Assembly (NCBI GenBank): GCA_965215505.1
Contig: OZ244065.1
Span: 1,824,001 to 1,888,000 of the forward strand
Direction of reading: 5' to 3'
From: Capsulimonadaceae bacterium
GTDB lineage: Bacteria > Armatimonadota > Armatimonadia > Armatimonadales > Capsulimonadaceae
DNA length: 64,000 nt
Shown: piece after piece, positions 38,483-47,974 of the stretch
Layout of the letters: each line of letters opens with the position of its first letter
Numbering within the stretch: the stretch's first letter is position 1
Made by a program: the position numbers and the translations under genes
The notes under the pieces: generated by a model
The model's input: only the letters and a program-made list of their open reading frames with translations
The model's database searches: none
What the model was told of the DNA's origin: nothing

Positions 38483-39952
38483 ATGTCAAACCCCATCAAA
38501 CCACCCGTATTCATCGCCATCGTGGTGGCGGCCGTTCTTCTCGTCGGCCTGATCGGCTACAAACTCGTCGCGGCCGGCCACCCGCCCCTGCGAACAGATG
38601 CCGCTTCCCAAGAGTTGTATGCTTCATACGCAAAAGCGCGGGCGCAAAAGCTGGCAGGCGGCAAGGGGATGCCGCCGGCCCGACACACCCCTGAAACACT
38701 CCTGAGAACCATCACGATGAAGCACGGCACCCCGGTACTGGCGGCGGTCACATTCCTGCTCGGAGCGCTGGCCGCCGGGGGAGACGGCGGCACACCTCTC
38801 CCCCTGCTGCGGGCGAATTACCCGAAGATCGTCGCCATCGCCCCGCCCGGAGACTGTTTTTTCACCAAAATGCTCGATTTCCACGGCATCCCGATTAAAG
38901 CAAGCTCGGTCGTCTCAGATGAGGCCCTCGATGCGGCCTATGACCGGCTGGCACTCGAACTGGCACACCTCCCCGTAGTGACCGTCAACCTCGTGGCGGC
39001 GGGCGCGCAGCTCCAGATCATCGGCAAAGATCAGGTCACTTCGGACCTGCCGGAGTTCCGCGCCCTCAAGGGCAGACCCCTTCCGAAGTACAACGGCCTG
39101 ACCATTGGCCAAAGGACGCGCGGCATGGGCGGTCTGGAAACGTCCTGCGGGGAGGAGCACCTGCTGAAATTGGACAAAGACCGCTACCGGGGACGCGACA
39201 TCTGCCTGCACGAGTTCGCCCACTGCATCCGAGATCACGGCATACAGGCGGAGATCGTCGCCCGCGCCTGCCCCCCATCTCCGGCTCGGTATGCCTCCTA
39301 CCTCAGCGCCTGGGCATTGGTCAATTCCGGCACGCCGGAGTCGGGCTACGGCTACTGGTACCCCGGCCTGGAAAACGACGGTGGGGCGGGGGGCGGGTTC
39401 GAGCCGGCCCCGACCGGGACGACGTGGCTGGGCCAGCCACACCACCGCGGCTCCTGGTATTACTCCTGCGAGGAGAATCCCGGCTACTGCGGCGCATTGC
39501 GGACCGCCGCCACCATTCTGACGGATGACCCCATCTTCGGGCGATTCTGCTTCGGGGGCGACTGGCGCAGGACGACGGCGGGCCTGGAAGTCATCCCGAA
39601 GGACGGGCTGCGGAAGCGGTTCCATGCCCTGATCGGCGGCAGGCTGCACCTGGTCTCGGAAACGGATCGCTTTCCCGCCGGACGTCCCATCATCGTCCGG
39701 GAAACCCTCTCGGAGATTCGCTTCTCTCTGAAAAGCGATAACCCGGCACCGCACACCGCCGCCGTCCGCCTGTCGGGGCTGCCGCCGGGCGGATATGTCG
39801 TCAGTGCCGCCGACGGGAGCGGACTGACGGCGGAACAGGGCAAAACAAAGATCATCGCGGGCCAGGAAACCCTCCTGGGGCTGCCGATGGCCGGCAACGG
39901 CAGCCGGACGTTCCTGCTGAAGCGGCAGACAAGAGAAAGAGTTCCAAGTTGA
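38483..39952 (+). pseudogene. Fused/deleted gene remnants: small membrane protein + HExxH zincin N-terminal part + DUF5695-like C-terminal part
   Basis: TM peptide at 38483; second signal peptide MKHG at 38717; CGEE.LL....DRY.G.DIC.HEFAH then abrupt switch (~39275) to SAWALVNSG..WYPG.ENDG..WYYSCE. Confidence 0.6.
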
Positions 39953-42723
39953 ACAAACAGAGGCAGGGAAATCGGGGAGTCTGGCTGATCGGGCTGGCGC
40001 TGTTTCTCCTCGCGCCCATCGTGTCGAGGGCGCAAGGGGATGGCCGGCCAAAACCCCCGGCAACGCTGGGGTTGGAGCAGGGCGTGATGACCATTGACAC
40101 GCCCGATTTCGCCCTCACGCTGGTCAAGGCGTCTCAGACGGTCGCTTCGCTCCAGCCGAAAGTCGGTCAGCCGAAAGGCGGCGCGGGTTTCGACTTCACA
40201 CCCACCGACCGGCTGCCGATCCGGTCCGGGGACGGCTTCTACCATCTGGGGGACCTGACCTTCCGCGCCCGCGTCGGCGGCACCGGCCCCTGGAAAGACT
40301 ACTCCACGGCCGCCGCCCGCCGCCCGATCTTGGCGCTGCCCCCCGCCGCCGGGGAGCTGGCCGCCGCCGACCTCGCCGCGACCCTGCCGGCGGACTGCCC
40401 CCTGCATGTCACCCGCACCTGGGCGCTGGAGAACGGCCGACTCGCGCTGCGCTTTGCCCTCCGGAACACGTCGGCGGGGACGATCCAGATCGGCGCGCTC
40501 GGCATCCCGATGGTCTTCAACAACATCATCAGCGACCGCACCTTGGAACAGGCGCATGCGGCCTGTTCGTTCTCCGACCCCTACATCGGGCAGGACGCGG
40601 GCTACCTCCAGGTGACGCGCCTGAGCGGCCACGGGCCGACACTCGTCGTCGTCCCAGACGGGAAGACGCCGTTTGAGGCGTACCGGCTGCTGAATGAACC
40701 GATGCGCCCGAACCAGACATTCGAAGGCATGTTCGCCTGGATGGTCCACACCCAGGCTTATGCCGAGAACGAATGGAAGGGGGCGAACCAGTGGAACCCG
40801 CCGACGCAGGCCGCGCTCGCGCCGGGGCAGGCCCGCACCTACGGCGTCAGGTTCCTCGTTTCCGGCGAGATTCGCGGCATCGACAGAACGCTGGCCGCCG
40901 ATCACCGCCCCCTGGCGATCGGCATCCCCGGTTATGTCCTGCCGATGGATCAGACGGGCAAGCTGTTTCTCAGGTATGCCTCCAGAGTGGCCTCGGTGGC
41001 CGTCGAGCCGGCGGGCGCGATCCGGTTCAGCCCCGGCAAGCCCACCCCGAACGGCTGGAAGAGTTACGACCTGCACGGCAGGACCTGGGGCCGGGCCAGG
41101 GTGACCGTGACCTATGCAGACGGTCTGGTGCAGGCGATCAGCTATAACGTGATTAAGCCCGAGGCGCAGGCGGTGGCCGATCTCGGGCACTTCCTGACGA
41201 CCAAACAGTGGTTCGATGACCCGAACGACCCCTTCCACCGCGCGCCCTCCGTGATCAGCTACGACCGGGAGGCCGACCGGCAGGTGACGCAGGACAGCCG
41301 TGTCTGGATCGCGGGCCTGGGGGACGAGGGCGGGTCCGGCTCGTTCGTGGCCGCCGCCATGAAGGAGTTCGGCCGGCCCGATGCGGTCGAAGTCGCCAAA
41401 TACTCGCAGTTCGTGGACAAGGTGCTGTGGGGCGTGATCCAGTACAAGGACGGTCCGAACAAGTACGGCGTCCGCAAGAGCGTGTTCTTCCACGACCCGG
41501 CGAAACTGCCGGACTTCCCCTATGATCCGGCCCTGGACTGGCGTTCGTGGACGAGCTGGAACAAAGAGGCTTCGGAGGACATTGGACGCGGCTACAACTA
41601 TCCCCATGTCGTCGCCGCCTACTGGGCGATGTACCGTGTGGCCCGAAACCATCCCGGTATGGTCACGGCCCGCCCCTGGCAGTGGTATCTGGAGCAGGCC
41701 TATCAGACGACTCACTTCATGTTCAGCCGGGACGCCCACGGGGACCGCCGGGTCGGCTATGTCGAGCTTGGGCTGATGGAGGGGGACGTGTTCCTGGCGA
41801 TGCTCAAGGACTTGCAGAACGAAGGCTGGACGGCGAAGGCGGCCGACGTCACCGCGCTGATGAAGGAGCGCGCCGACCGCTGGAGCCACGAAGCTTACCC
41901 GTTCGGCAGCGAAATGGCCTGGGACTCGACCGGCCAGGAAGAGGTCTACGCCTGGTGCAAATACTTCGGTTTTGAGGACAAAGCGGAGGTCTCCCTCAAC
42001 TCCATCCTCGGCTACATGCCGACCCTGCCGCACTGGGGCTACAACGGCAACGCGCGCCGCTACTGGGATTTCTTGTACGGCGGTAAGCTGCCCCGGATCG
42101 AGCGCCAGATCCACCACTACGGCTCCGGCCTTAACGCCATCCCGGTGCTGTCGGAGTACCGTTCGCACCCCGACGACTATCTGCTGCGGGTCGGCTACGG
42201 CGGGGTTTTAGGCCCGCTGACCAACATCGACCAGGGGGGGTTCGCCTCCGTGGCCTTCCACTCGTTCCCCTCGACTCTCAAGTGGGACGCTTACTCGGGC
42301 GATTACGGCCCGAACTTCTTCGGGCATGCGATGAACACGGCGACGTATCTCATTGACCACCCCGAGTTCGGCTGGCAGGCTTACGGCGGCAATGTCCAGA
42401 CGGACGACGGCTGGGTGAAGGTGCAGCCGCGCGACTCGTTCCGCACCCGCGTTTACATCGCGCCGCGCGGCCTGTGGCTGACTCTGGATGCCGGCACCTT
42501 CGAGAGCGTTGAGGTAAGCCGCCGGAGTCATACAGTGCGGGTGAGCCTGGCCCCGGCCGCGGCCTATACGCCGCAGGCGCTCCTGCATTTGGAACAGCCC
42601 GCGAAGATCGCCGGAGTCAAGACCTATCATCCGGTCGGTCAGCCTCTCCCCCAGTCACGAGGCGCTTATGTCGTTGGTTTGAAAACCAACGCAGTCTGGG
42701 TGACTCTGAACGACACTCCCTGA
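39949..42723 (+). CDS. Secreted DUF5695-family putative glycoside hydrolase
   Basis: Signal peptide; FDFTP.D, HLGDL, WIAGL.DEGG, R.YNYPH, YPFGSEMAWDSTGQE, HWGYNGNARRYWDF, ERQIHHYGS. Confidence 0.78.
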   Translation: MNKQRQGNRGVWLIGLALFLLAPIVSRAQGDGRPKPPATLGLEQGVMTIDTPDFALTLVKASQTVASLQPKVGQPKGGAGFDFTPTDRLPIRSGDGFYHLGDLTFRARVGGTGPWKDYSTAAARRPILALPPAAGELAAADLAATLPADCPLHVTRTWALENGRLALRFALRNTSAGTIQIGALGIPMVFNNIISDRTLEQAHAACSFSDPYIGQDAGYLQVTRLSGHGPTLVVVPDGKTPFEAYRLLNEPMRPNQTFEGMFAWMVHTQAYAENEWKGANQWNPPTQAALAPGQARTYGVRFLVSGEIRGIDRTLAADHRPLAIGIPGYVLPMDQTGKLFLRYASRVASVAVEPAGAIRFSPGKPTPNGWKSYDLHGRTWGRARVTVTYADGLVQAISYNVIKPEAQAVADLGHFLTTKQWFDDPNDPFHRAPSVISYDREADRQVTQDSRVWIAGLGDEGGSGSFVAAAMKEFGRPDAVEVAKYSQFVDKVLWGVIQYKDGPNKYGVRKSVFFHDPAKLPDFPYDPALDWRSWTSWNKEASEDIGRGYNYPHVVAAYWAMYRVARNHPGMVTARPWQWYLEQAYQTTHFMFSRDAHGDRRVGYVELGLMEGDVFLAMLKDLQNEGWTAKAADVTALMKERADRWSHEAYPFGSEMAWDSTGQEEVYAWCKYFGFEDKAEVSLNSILGYMPTLPHWGYNGNARRYWDFLYGGKLPRIERQIHHYGSGLNAIPVLSEYRSHPDDYLLRVGYGGVLGPLTNIDQGGFASVAFHSFPSTLKWDAYSGDYGPNFFGHAMNTATYLIDHPEFGWQAYGGNVQTDDGWVKVQPRDSFRTRVYIAPRGLWLTLDAGTFESVEVSRRSHTVRVSLAPAAAYTPQALLHLEQPAKIAGVKTYHPVGQPLPQSRGAYVVGLKTNAVWVTLNDTP

Positions 42724-43308
42724 GCGGAGCCGTCCCCGCCCGTAACCCGTTTCAGAATCGTCCGCTCTTGATACTCTTCTGACGTGTTTTGTTGAGCGGC
42801 TTCGTTCTTCGGGTACTGCCGGCCGGACTCGTCGAGGTCAAGCAAGGAACATTCCGGTTCTCCCGTCTCGTGAGCGGCCCCTAAAAGGGCCGCCCGCGAG
42901 AACACCCCCAACTGCGGGTCGGGAGGCTGGAGCGACAGGAGACACTCGGAGGGCCACGGCAGGCCCCGGAAGGTGCGCCGCCCGTGGTCAATCGTCCCGC
43001 CGGCCACCGAGCGGGCCGCATGTCGAATGCCCGCCTGTGCGGGCGGAAGAACCCGTGCCGACCGGCTCTCCCCCTCCACTTGGGGAGCGGAGCTACCTCC
43101 GGTAGCGCGTCTCTCTAGTTCGCCTCGCAAGCGGCAGGGCACTTTTTTGTCCTCGGATTTTGCCGTCAGAAGCGGCGGGCCAGGGCCTCGGCGCGCGGGC
43201 GCAGGGCGGCCTGGCATTCTGCTTCAAGTACCGGAGGCGGATCGCCCACGGCGCAGCCCTCACGTCCTTCAGCCCATTGCTCGGGCTTCCCGCTCTGATA
43301 TGGACCTC

Positions 43309-44235
43309 CTAAATCCCTGCCAGCAGCGATCTTGACATCTTGCAGACCACCGTGTAGGCGGGGTCGAACACGTTCGCGACCTCGTATTCCACGCACTGCC
43401 CCAGCAGCGTATGCGCCCCCACCCAGTCCAGCCCGTAATCCTCCTGGAGCCAGCGGGCCATCTCGCTGGTCGCGTGCTGCAACGCCTGGTCCAGAGGGCG
43501 CGCGTTCCCCGCCGTCAGGAGGTGCGTCTCGGTCTCGGCGCGGGGCCACCCGATCGTCTTCCCCTTGATGACCGCGAGCGTGAACCGGACGTCGAACGAG
43601 ATCTCGATGCCGGTCCCACAGACCTCCCCGCACCCTTGCAGGGCGTGGCCGTCGCCCAGAAAGAACAAAGCGCCGGGGACGGCGACGGGGAAGAAGACCG
43701 TCACGCCCTCCACGAAGCCCTTGTAGTCCATGTTGCCGCCGTGGGTGGACGAAGTCGCCGTGGAGACCGCCTCCCCGCCCGGCGGGGCGACCCCGAAGCA
43801 GCCCACCATCGGGCGGACGGGGAGACTAAGGCGGCCCAGCCTCGTTTCGGGCGCGGTGAGGGTGGCCGTGCCCACCTCCATGTCCACGTCCCACTCGCCG
43901 CTGCCCTCGGCAAAGCCGGGCGGGGGCGGCAGCCGGGCCACGTCGGCGGGGTCCATGACATTCGAGGCGAGCTGGATGCCGCTCCAGCCGAAGCGGCGGT
44001 TGGGGCGCAGATGGTCCAGGCGGACGGCGAGCGTATCGCCCGGCTCCGCGCCTTCCACGAAGAAGGGGCCGGTCATGGGGTTGACGCCGGTGTGGCGGCG
44101 CTGGCGAGCGGCGTCGAAGCCGCGCGCGTCCACGGTGGTCGTCTCGACGGCGTCGCCGCCGGCGACGTGCAGCACGGGCGGATGGGTGCCGAGGGTGCTG
44201 AAGTAGTGGTCGGGCGTGAACAGGTGCGTGGTCAT
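43309..44235 (-). CDS. Acetamidase/formamidase family protein
   Basis: NPMTGPF.VEGAEPGDTL, HGGNMD, GDGHALQG.GEV. Confidence 0.88.
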   Translation of the reverse strand: MTTHLFTPDHYFSTLGTHPPVLHVAGGDAVETTTVDARGFDAARQRRHTGVNPMTGPFFVEGAEPGDTLAVRLDHLRPNRRFGWSGIQLASNVMDPADVARLPPPPGFAEGSGEWDVDMEVGTATLTAPETRLGRLSLPVRPMVGCFGVAPPGGEAVSTATSSTHGGNMDYKGFVEGVTVFFPVAVPGALFFLGDGHALQGCGEVCGTGIEISFDVRFTLAVIKGKTIGWPRAETETHLLTAGNARPLDQALQHATSEMARWLQEDYGLDWVGAHTLLGQCVEYEVANVFDPAYTVVCKMSRSLLAGI

Positions 44236-44287
44236 GCGTCCTCGTCCTTCTCCGTCGGGATCGTCTGTCAGGGGCTTGTCCCGGCTG

Positions 44288-45121
44288 CTATTTGCTTCCC
44301 GCCGCGATCTCGGCGTCCACGACGGCCTGCCCTTCGGAGTGCAGCAGACCGTAGACCTGGGCGCGGATCTGGAAGAACTCGGGCGTCGTCCGCAGGGCGG
44401 CGTCGCGGTCCGGCCCGAACGGCACGGTGATCTCGGCTTTCAGCCGTCCGGGCCGGGCCGTCATCACGAAGATGCGGTCGCTGAGGAAGACGGCCTCGTC
44501 AATGTCGTGGGTGATGAAGAGCGTCGTCGTGCGCTCGGCCCGGCGGATGTCCAGGAGAAGCTCCTGCATGACCGTCCGCGTCTGGGCGTCTAAAGCGCCG
44601 AACGGCTCATCCATCAGGAGGATGCGCGGGGAATTGGCGAGGGCGCGGGCGATGGCGACGCGCTGGCGCATCCCGCCGGAAAGCTGCTTGGGGTAGTGGT
44701 CGCGGAACCCGTGCAGGCCCACGGCGTCCAGGAAGTGGTCGGCCAATCGCTCGCGCTCGGCCCGCTTGACGCCGCGCTGCTTGGGGCCGAACTGGACGTT
44801 CCCGCGCACGGTCAGCCAGGGGAACAGGGTGTAGGCCTGGAAGACCATGCCGCGCTCGGCACCCGGCCCGAACACCTCCTTGCCGTCGAGCAGCACCCGG
44901 CCCCCGGTCGGCGTCGTCAGGCCGCCGACGATGTGCAGCAGGGTTGACTTGCCGCAGCCGGACGGGCCGACGATGCTGACCAATTCGCTGACGCCGATCG
45001 TCAGTGAGGTCGGCTCTAAAACCGTCAGAAGGCCGTCCTTGGTCGGGTAGTCTTTGGACAGCCCTTCCAGGCGCAGGATCGGGTCCGGCAGAAAATCCGG
45101 CATCAGCCCCTCTGCCATCAA
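44288..45121 (-). CDS. NitT/TauT-type ABC transporter ATP-binding protein
   Basis: GPSGCGKST, LSGGMRQR, MDEPFGALD. Confidence 0.92.
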   Translation of the reverse strand: MMAEGLMPDFLPDPILRLEGLSKDYPTKDGLLTVLEPTSLTIGVSELVSIVGPSGCGKSTLLHIVGGLTTPTGGRVLLDGKEVFGPGAERGMVFQAYTLFPWLTVRGNVQFGPKQRGVKRAERERLADHFLDAVGLHGFRDHYPKQLSGGMRQRVAIARALANSPRILLMDEPFGALDAQTRTVMQELLLDIRRAERTTTLFITHDIDEAVFLSDRIFVMTARPGRLKAEITVPFGPDRDAALRTTPEFFQIRAQVYGLLHSEGQAVVDAEIAAGSK

Positions 45122-45975
45122 CCCCTCTGCGCTTCCGCCCAGGGCAGCAGGCGCGGCTGGGCGATCTTGAACACCATGTCGGTCGCAAGACCCAGCAGGC
45201 CGAGGATGAAGATGCCGACGAAGATCTCGTCGGCCCGCGAGAACCGCTGCGCCTTCATGATCGAGTACCCGAGGCCGGAAGAGGTCGCGACGACCTCGGC
45301 GATGACGAGGTACGTCCAGGCCCAGCCGATCATCGTCCGGCAGGTGTCCAGGATGCCCGGCAGGGTGGCAGGCAGGAGGACGTTGAAGAGGACCTGCGTC
45401 CGGCTCGAACCCAGTGTCCGGGCGGCGTTGAGCAGGTCTTTGGGCACCTGCCGGGTGACGTCGGCCACGACCAGCACCATTTGGAAATAGGTGCCGAGGA
45501 AGATCAGCAGGATCTTCGCCGGCTCGTCAATCCCCGCGACCACCATCACGAGTGGAATCAGGGCCGGGACGGGGACGTAGCGGACGAAGCCGACGAACGG
45601 CTCGTGGGCCGCCTCGGCGCACTTGTAGGCACCCATCAGGATGCCCAAGGGGACGGCAAGGACGGCGGAGAGCAGGAAGCCGATGCCGATGCGCGTCACG
45701 CTGATCTTGATGTCCGGCAGGAGATCACCACTCTGGTACATCTCGACGGCGGCCTGGAACATGTGTGTCGGGGTGGGCAGGATGAGCGCGTTCGCCCGGC
45801 CCGAGTAGGTCAGGACGCACCACAGGATGACCGGGACGAGGAACGAGGCGGCGGCGATGGCGAGGTACGCGCCGCGCGGGATGTCCTCACCGAGCTGGAA
45901 CAGGCCCGGCCCGCGCCGCCGAATGGGCGGTGCGGGCTGGGTTTCTTCTCGTCGTAACTGCTGGGCGGTCGCCAT
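45118..45975 (-). CDS. NitT/TauT-type ABC transporter permease
   Basis: TM helices; AARTLG (EAA loop); GWAWTYLVIAE. Confidence 0.9.
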   Translation of the reverse strand: MATAQQLRREETQPAPPIRRRGPGLFQLGEDIPRGAYLAIAAASFLVPVILWCVLTYSGRANALILPTPTHMFQAAVEMYQSGDLLPDIKISVTRIGIGFLLSAVLAVPLGILMGAYKCAEAAHEPFVGFVRYVPVPALIPLVMVVAGIDEPAKILLIFLGTYFQMVLVVADVTRQVPKDLLNAARTLGSSRTQVLFNVLLPATLPGILDTCRTMIGWAWTYLVIAEVVATSSGLGYSIMKAQRFSRADEIFVGIFILGLLGLATDMVFKIAQPRLLPWAEAQRG

Positions 45976-45988
45976 TTAAACCACCTCC

Positions 45989-47098
45989 CTAGTCCACCTT
46001 GAGCGTGTAGTCGTAGGGCGGCTTCTTGCCCTCGCCCTTCTTGACGGCGGCGTTGATAAAGGTCGGGTCAATGGCCGAGGCGTAGTCGGGCAGCTTGGGG
46101 ATCTGCTTCTGGGCCAGCAGGAACTGCGTGATTGAGGGGCCGCTGCTGAACAGCGAGGTCGGCTTGGCGCTCTGGGTGAAAGCCGCCTGCGCTTCGGGGC
46201 CGCTGAAGATGCGTGTCCCCTTGATGAAGCTCTGGTAGAAGGCGATCTGCTGGGCGGGCGTGCCGGGGTCCTTGGCAGTCTCGGCCATGATCTTGACGGC
46301 GTCGTCGGGGTGCGCGCGCCACCAGTCCAGCGAGTCGTACCAGGCGTCCACGATGCCCTGGACGTCCTGCGGGCGGGCGGTGATGACCTTGCCCTGGAAG
46401 ACCAGCAGGTCAGGGATCTGGCCGGGCAGGGAGCGGCTGTCGAAGATCACATGGGAGCCGGGCAGCTTCGCCAGGAGCTGGCTCTTGTTCGGCTCCCACA
46501 CCGCGACCGCGTCCACCTGCTTTGAGATCATCGCGCCGGGGCAGTCCTGGACCTTGATGGGGACATAGGTGATGTCCTTCTCGGTCATGCCATTGGCGGC
46601 CAGCGCCTTGTCGAGCAGGAACTGCTCCACCGTCCCCAACTCGGTCGCGACCTTTTTGCCCTTCAAGTCCTCCATGGAGTGGACGCCCGGCCCGGCGACC
46701 ACGGCGTCATTGCCCGCCGAGTTGTCGTTGATCAGGACGGCCTTAGCGGATTGCCCCTGGGCGAGCGGCCCCATGGTGTCGCTCCAGGTCTGACAGTTGG
46801 CGTCCACCTGGTTGGCGGCGAAGGCGTTCAGCGAGTCGGTGTAGTTGGGGAACCAGACCAGCTTGACGTTGACGTTGTGCTTCTTGAAAAAGCCCTGCTT
46901 GTCGGCGATGGCCCAGGCCGTCCAGCCCGGCCAGTCCGAATAGCCGATGGTGATCGCCCCGCCCGCGTCCGCCGCCGCGCCGGGCGTGGAAGAGGCCGTC
47001 GGGGAGGCGGGCGCGGAGGCGTTCTGCTTGGGACCACAGCCGGTAAGCGCCAGGGCAGCCAGTGCGGAACCGGCAAGAAGACAACGGGGAAAACGCAT
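45989..47098 (-). CDS. ABC substrate-binding lipoprotein (urea carboxylase-associated, NMT1/SsuA-like)
   Basis: Lipobox LTGC; IGYSDWPGW, DNSAGND, VWEP. Confidence 0.85.
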   Translation of the reverse strand: MRFPRCLLAGSALAALALTGCGPKQNASAPASPTASSTPGAAADAGGAITIGYSDWPGWTAWAIADKQGFFKKHNVNVKLVWFPNYTDSLNAFAANQVDANCQTWSDTMGPLAQGQSAKAVLINDNSAGNDAVVAGPGVHSMEDLKGKKVATELGTVEQFLLDKALAANGMTEKDITYVPIKVQDCPGAMISKQVDAVAVWEPNKSQLLAKLPGSHVIFDSRSLPGQIPDLLVFQGKVITARPQDVQGIVDAWYDSLDWWRAHPDDAVKIMAETAKDPGTPAQQIAFYQSFIKGTRIFSGPEAQAAFTQSAKPTSLFSSGPSITQFLLAQKQIPKLPDYASAIDPTFINAAVKKGEGKKPPYDYTLKVD

Positions 47099-47223
47099 GA
47101 GAACGCTCCTTTTCTAAGTCGCAGGGCGGAACGCCGTGCCGGAATGGAAAAGAGCGCCATGCTCTGGGGGGCCGCATCGCTGAGGCCGGGGAAGCAGAGG
47201 TGTCTCGTCGTCGAGGCAGTGTG

Positions 47224-47252
47224 AGTATACAGGCTTTAGGAGGGATTGTCAA
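47224..47252 (-). promoter_or_regulatory. Sigma70 promoter of the ABC/amidase operon
   Basis: TTGACA-N17-TATACT on the minus strand. Confidence 0.7.
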
Positions 47253-47308
47253 GCCTCCGTAAACTTTCTGGCCGCTCTGTGACGTGATTCGGTCACTTCG
47301 GTGCTATA

Positions 47309-47325
47309 ATGACGAAAAGCGTCAT
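47309..47325. promoter_or_regulatory. Palindromic operator candidate overlapping an extended -10 (TGCTATAAT)
   Basis: ATGACGAAAAGCGTCAT; inverted copy at 47872-47887. Confidence 0.55.
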
Positions 47326-47342
47326 CAATCAGGGGAAATGGC

Positions 47343-47843
47343 ATGGCAAGCGTCACGGGCGAAGACACGTCGGGGGAGACGGCGATCCGGCTAGACACGC
47401 TGGATCACAAGATCATTGCCGTATTGCAGGAAAATGCGCGTCTGACTAATGCCGAGGTCGCAGGGCAGGTCGGCAGCACCGAACCGACGGTGCGACGCCG
47501 CGTGGACCGGCTTTTGGAGAACCAGGTCATCAAGATCGTCGCGGTCGCGCCGCCATTCCCGCTGGGCTATCATGTCGTCGCCATCCTCGGCATCCAGATC
47601 GACCACAGCCGGTTGGACGAGATCCAGGAGGCTCTGCTGGCGATGCCCGAGATCCGGTTCGCCGGCGTCACGTTGGGCAGTTACGATGTGGTCACGGAAG
47701 TCTGGTTCCACAGCAACAGTGAACTGCTGGCGTTCCTGCATGAACGCTTGAGCAAGATCCCCGGCATCCAGCGCATCGAGTCGCTTCAAGTGGTGAAGAT
47801 GATCAAGTACGCCTACGACTGGGGAGTGCAGCCCTCGGCTTGA
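47343..47843 (+). CDS. Lrp/AsnC transcriptional regulator
   Basis: LD.LD.KII..LQENAR....VA..VG.TEPTVRRRV.RL; GSYD. Confidence 0.9.
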   Translation: MASVTGEDTSGETAIRLDTLDHKIIAVLQENARLTNAEVAGQVGSTEPTVRRRVDRLLENQVIKIVAVAPPFPLGYHVVAILGIQIDHSRLDEIQEALLAMPEIRFAGVTLGSYDVVTEVWFHSNSELLAFLHERLSKIPGIQRIESLQVVKMIKYAYDWGVQPSA

Positions 47844-47945
47844 AGCGTTCAGCGCCATACCTGAGCCGATTATGACGCTTTTCGTCAATCAAGGCCGCGA
47901 TGGTATGGTTTTCGTCATACACGGGCGCTCTAGGCAAATCGAGAC

Positions 47946-47974
47946 TTGACAACGCCCCGGCCCGTCAGTATACT
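47946..47974 (+). promoter_or_regulatory. Sigma70 promoter of the carboxylase operon
   Basis: TTGACA-N17-TATACT. Confidence 0.7.

Noticed and set aside
23855-43300. Hyp locus as a tRNA-Arg-integrated genomic island
   Set aside because: The locus lies on the 5' side of the tRNA; no integrase or duplicated tRNA 3' end seen
42724-43308. ORFs 42666-43217(-) and 42973-43335(+)
   Set aside because: No recognisable motifs or good start; possibly a gene remnant but unsupported
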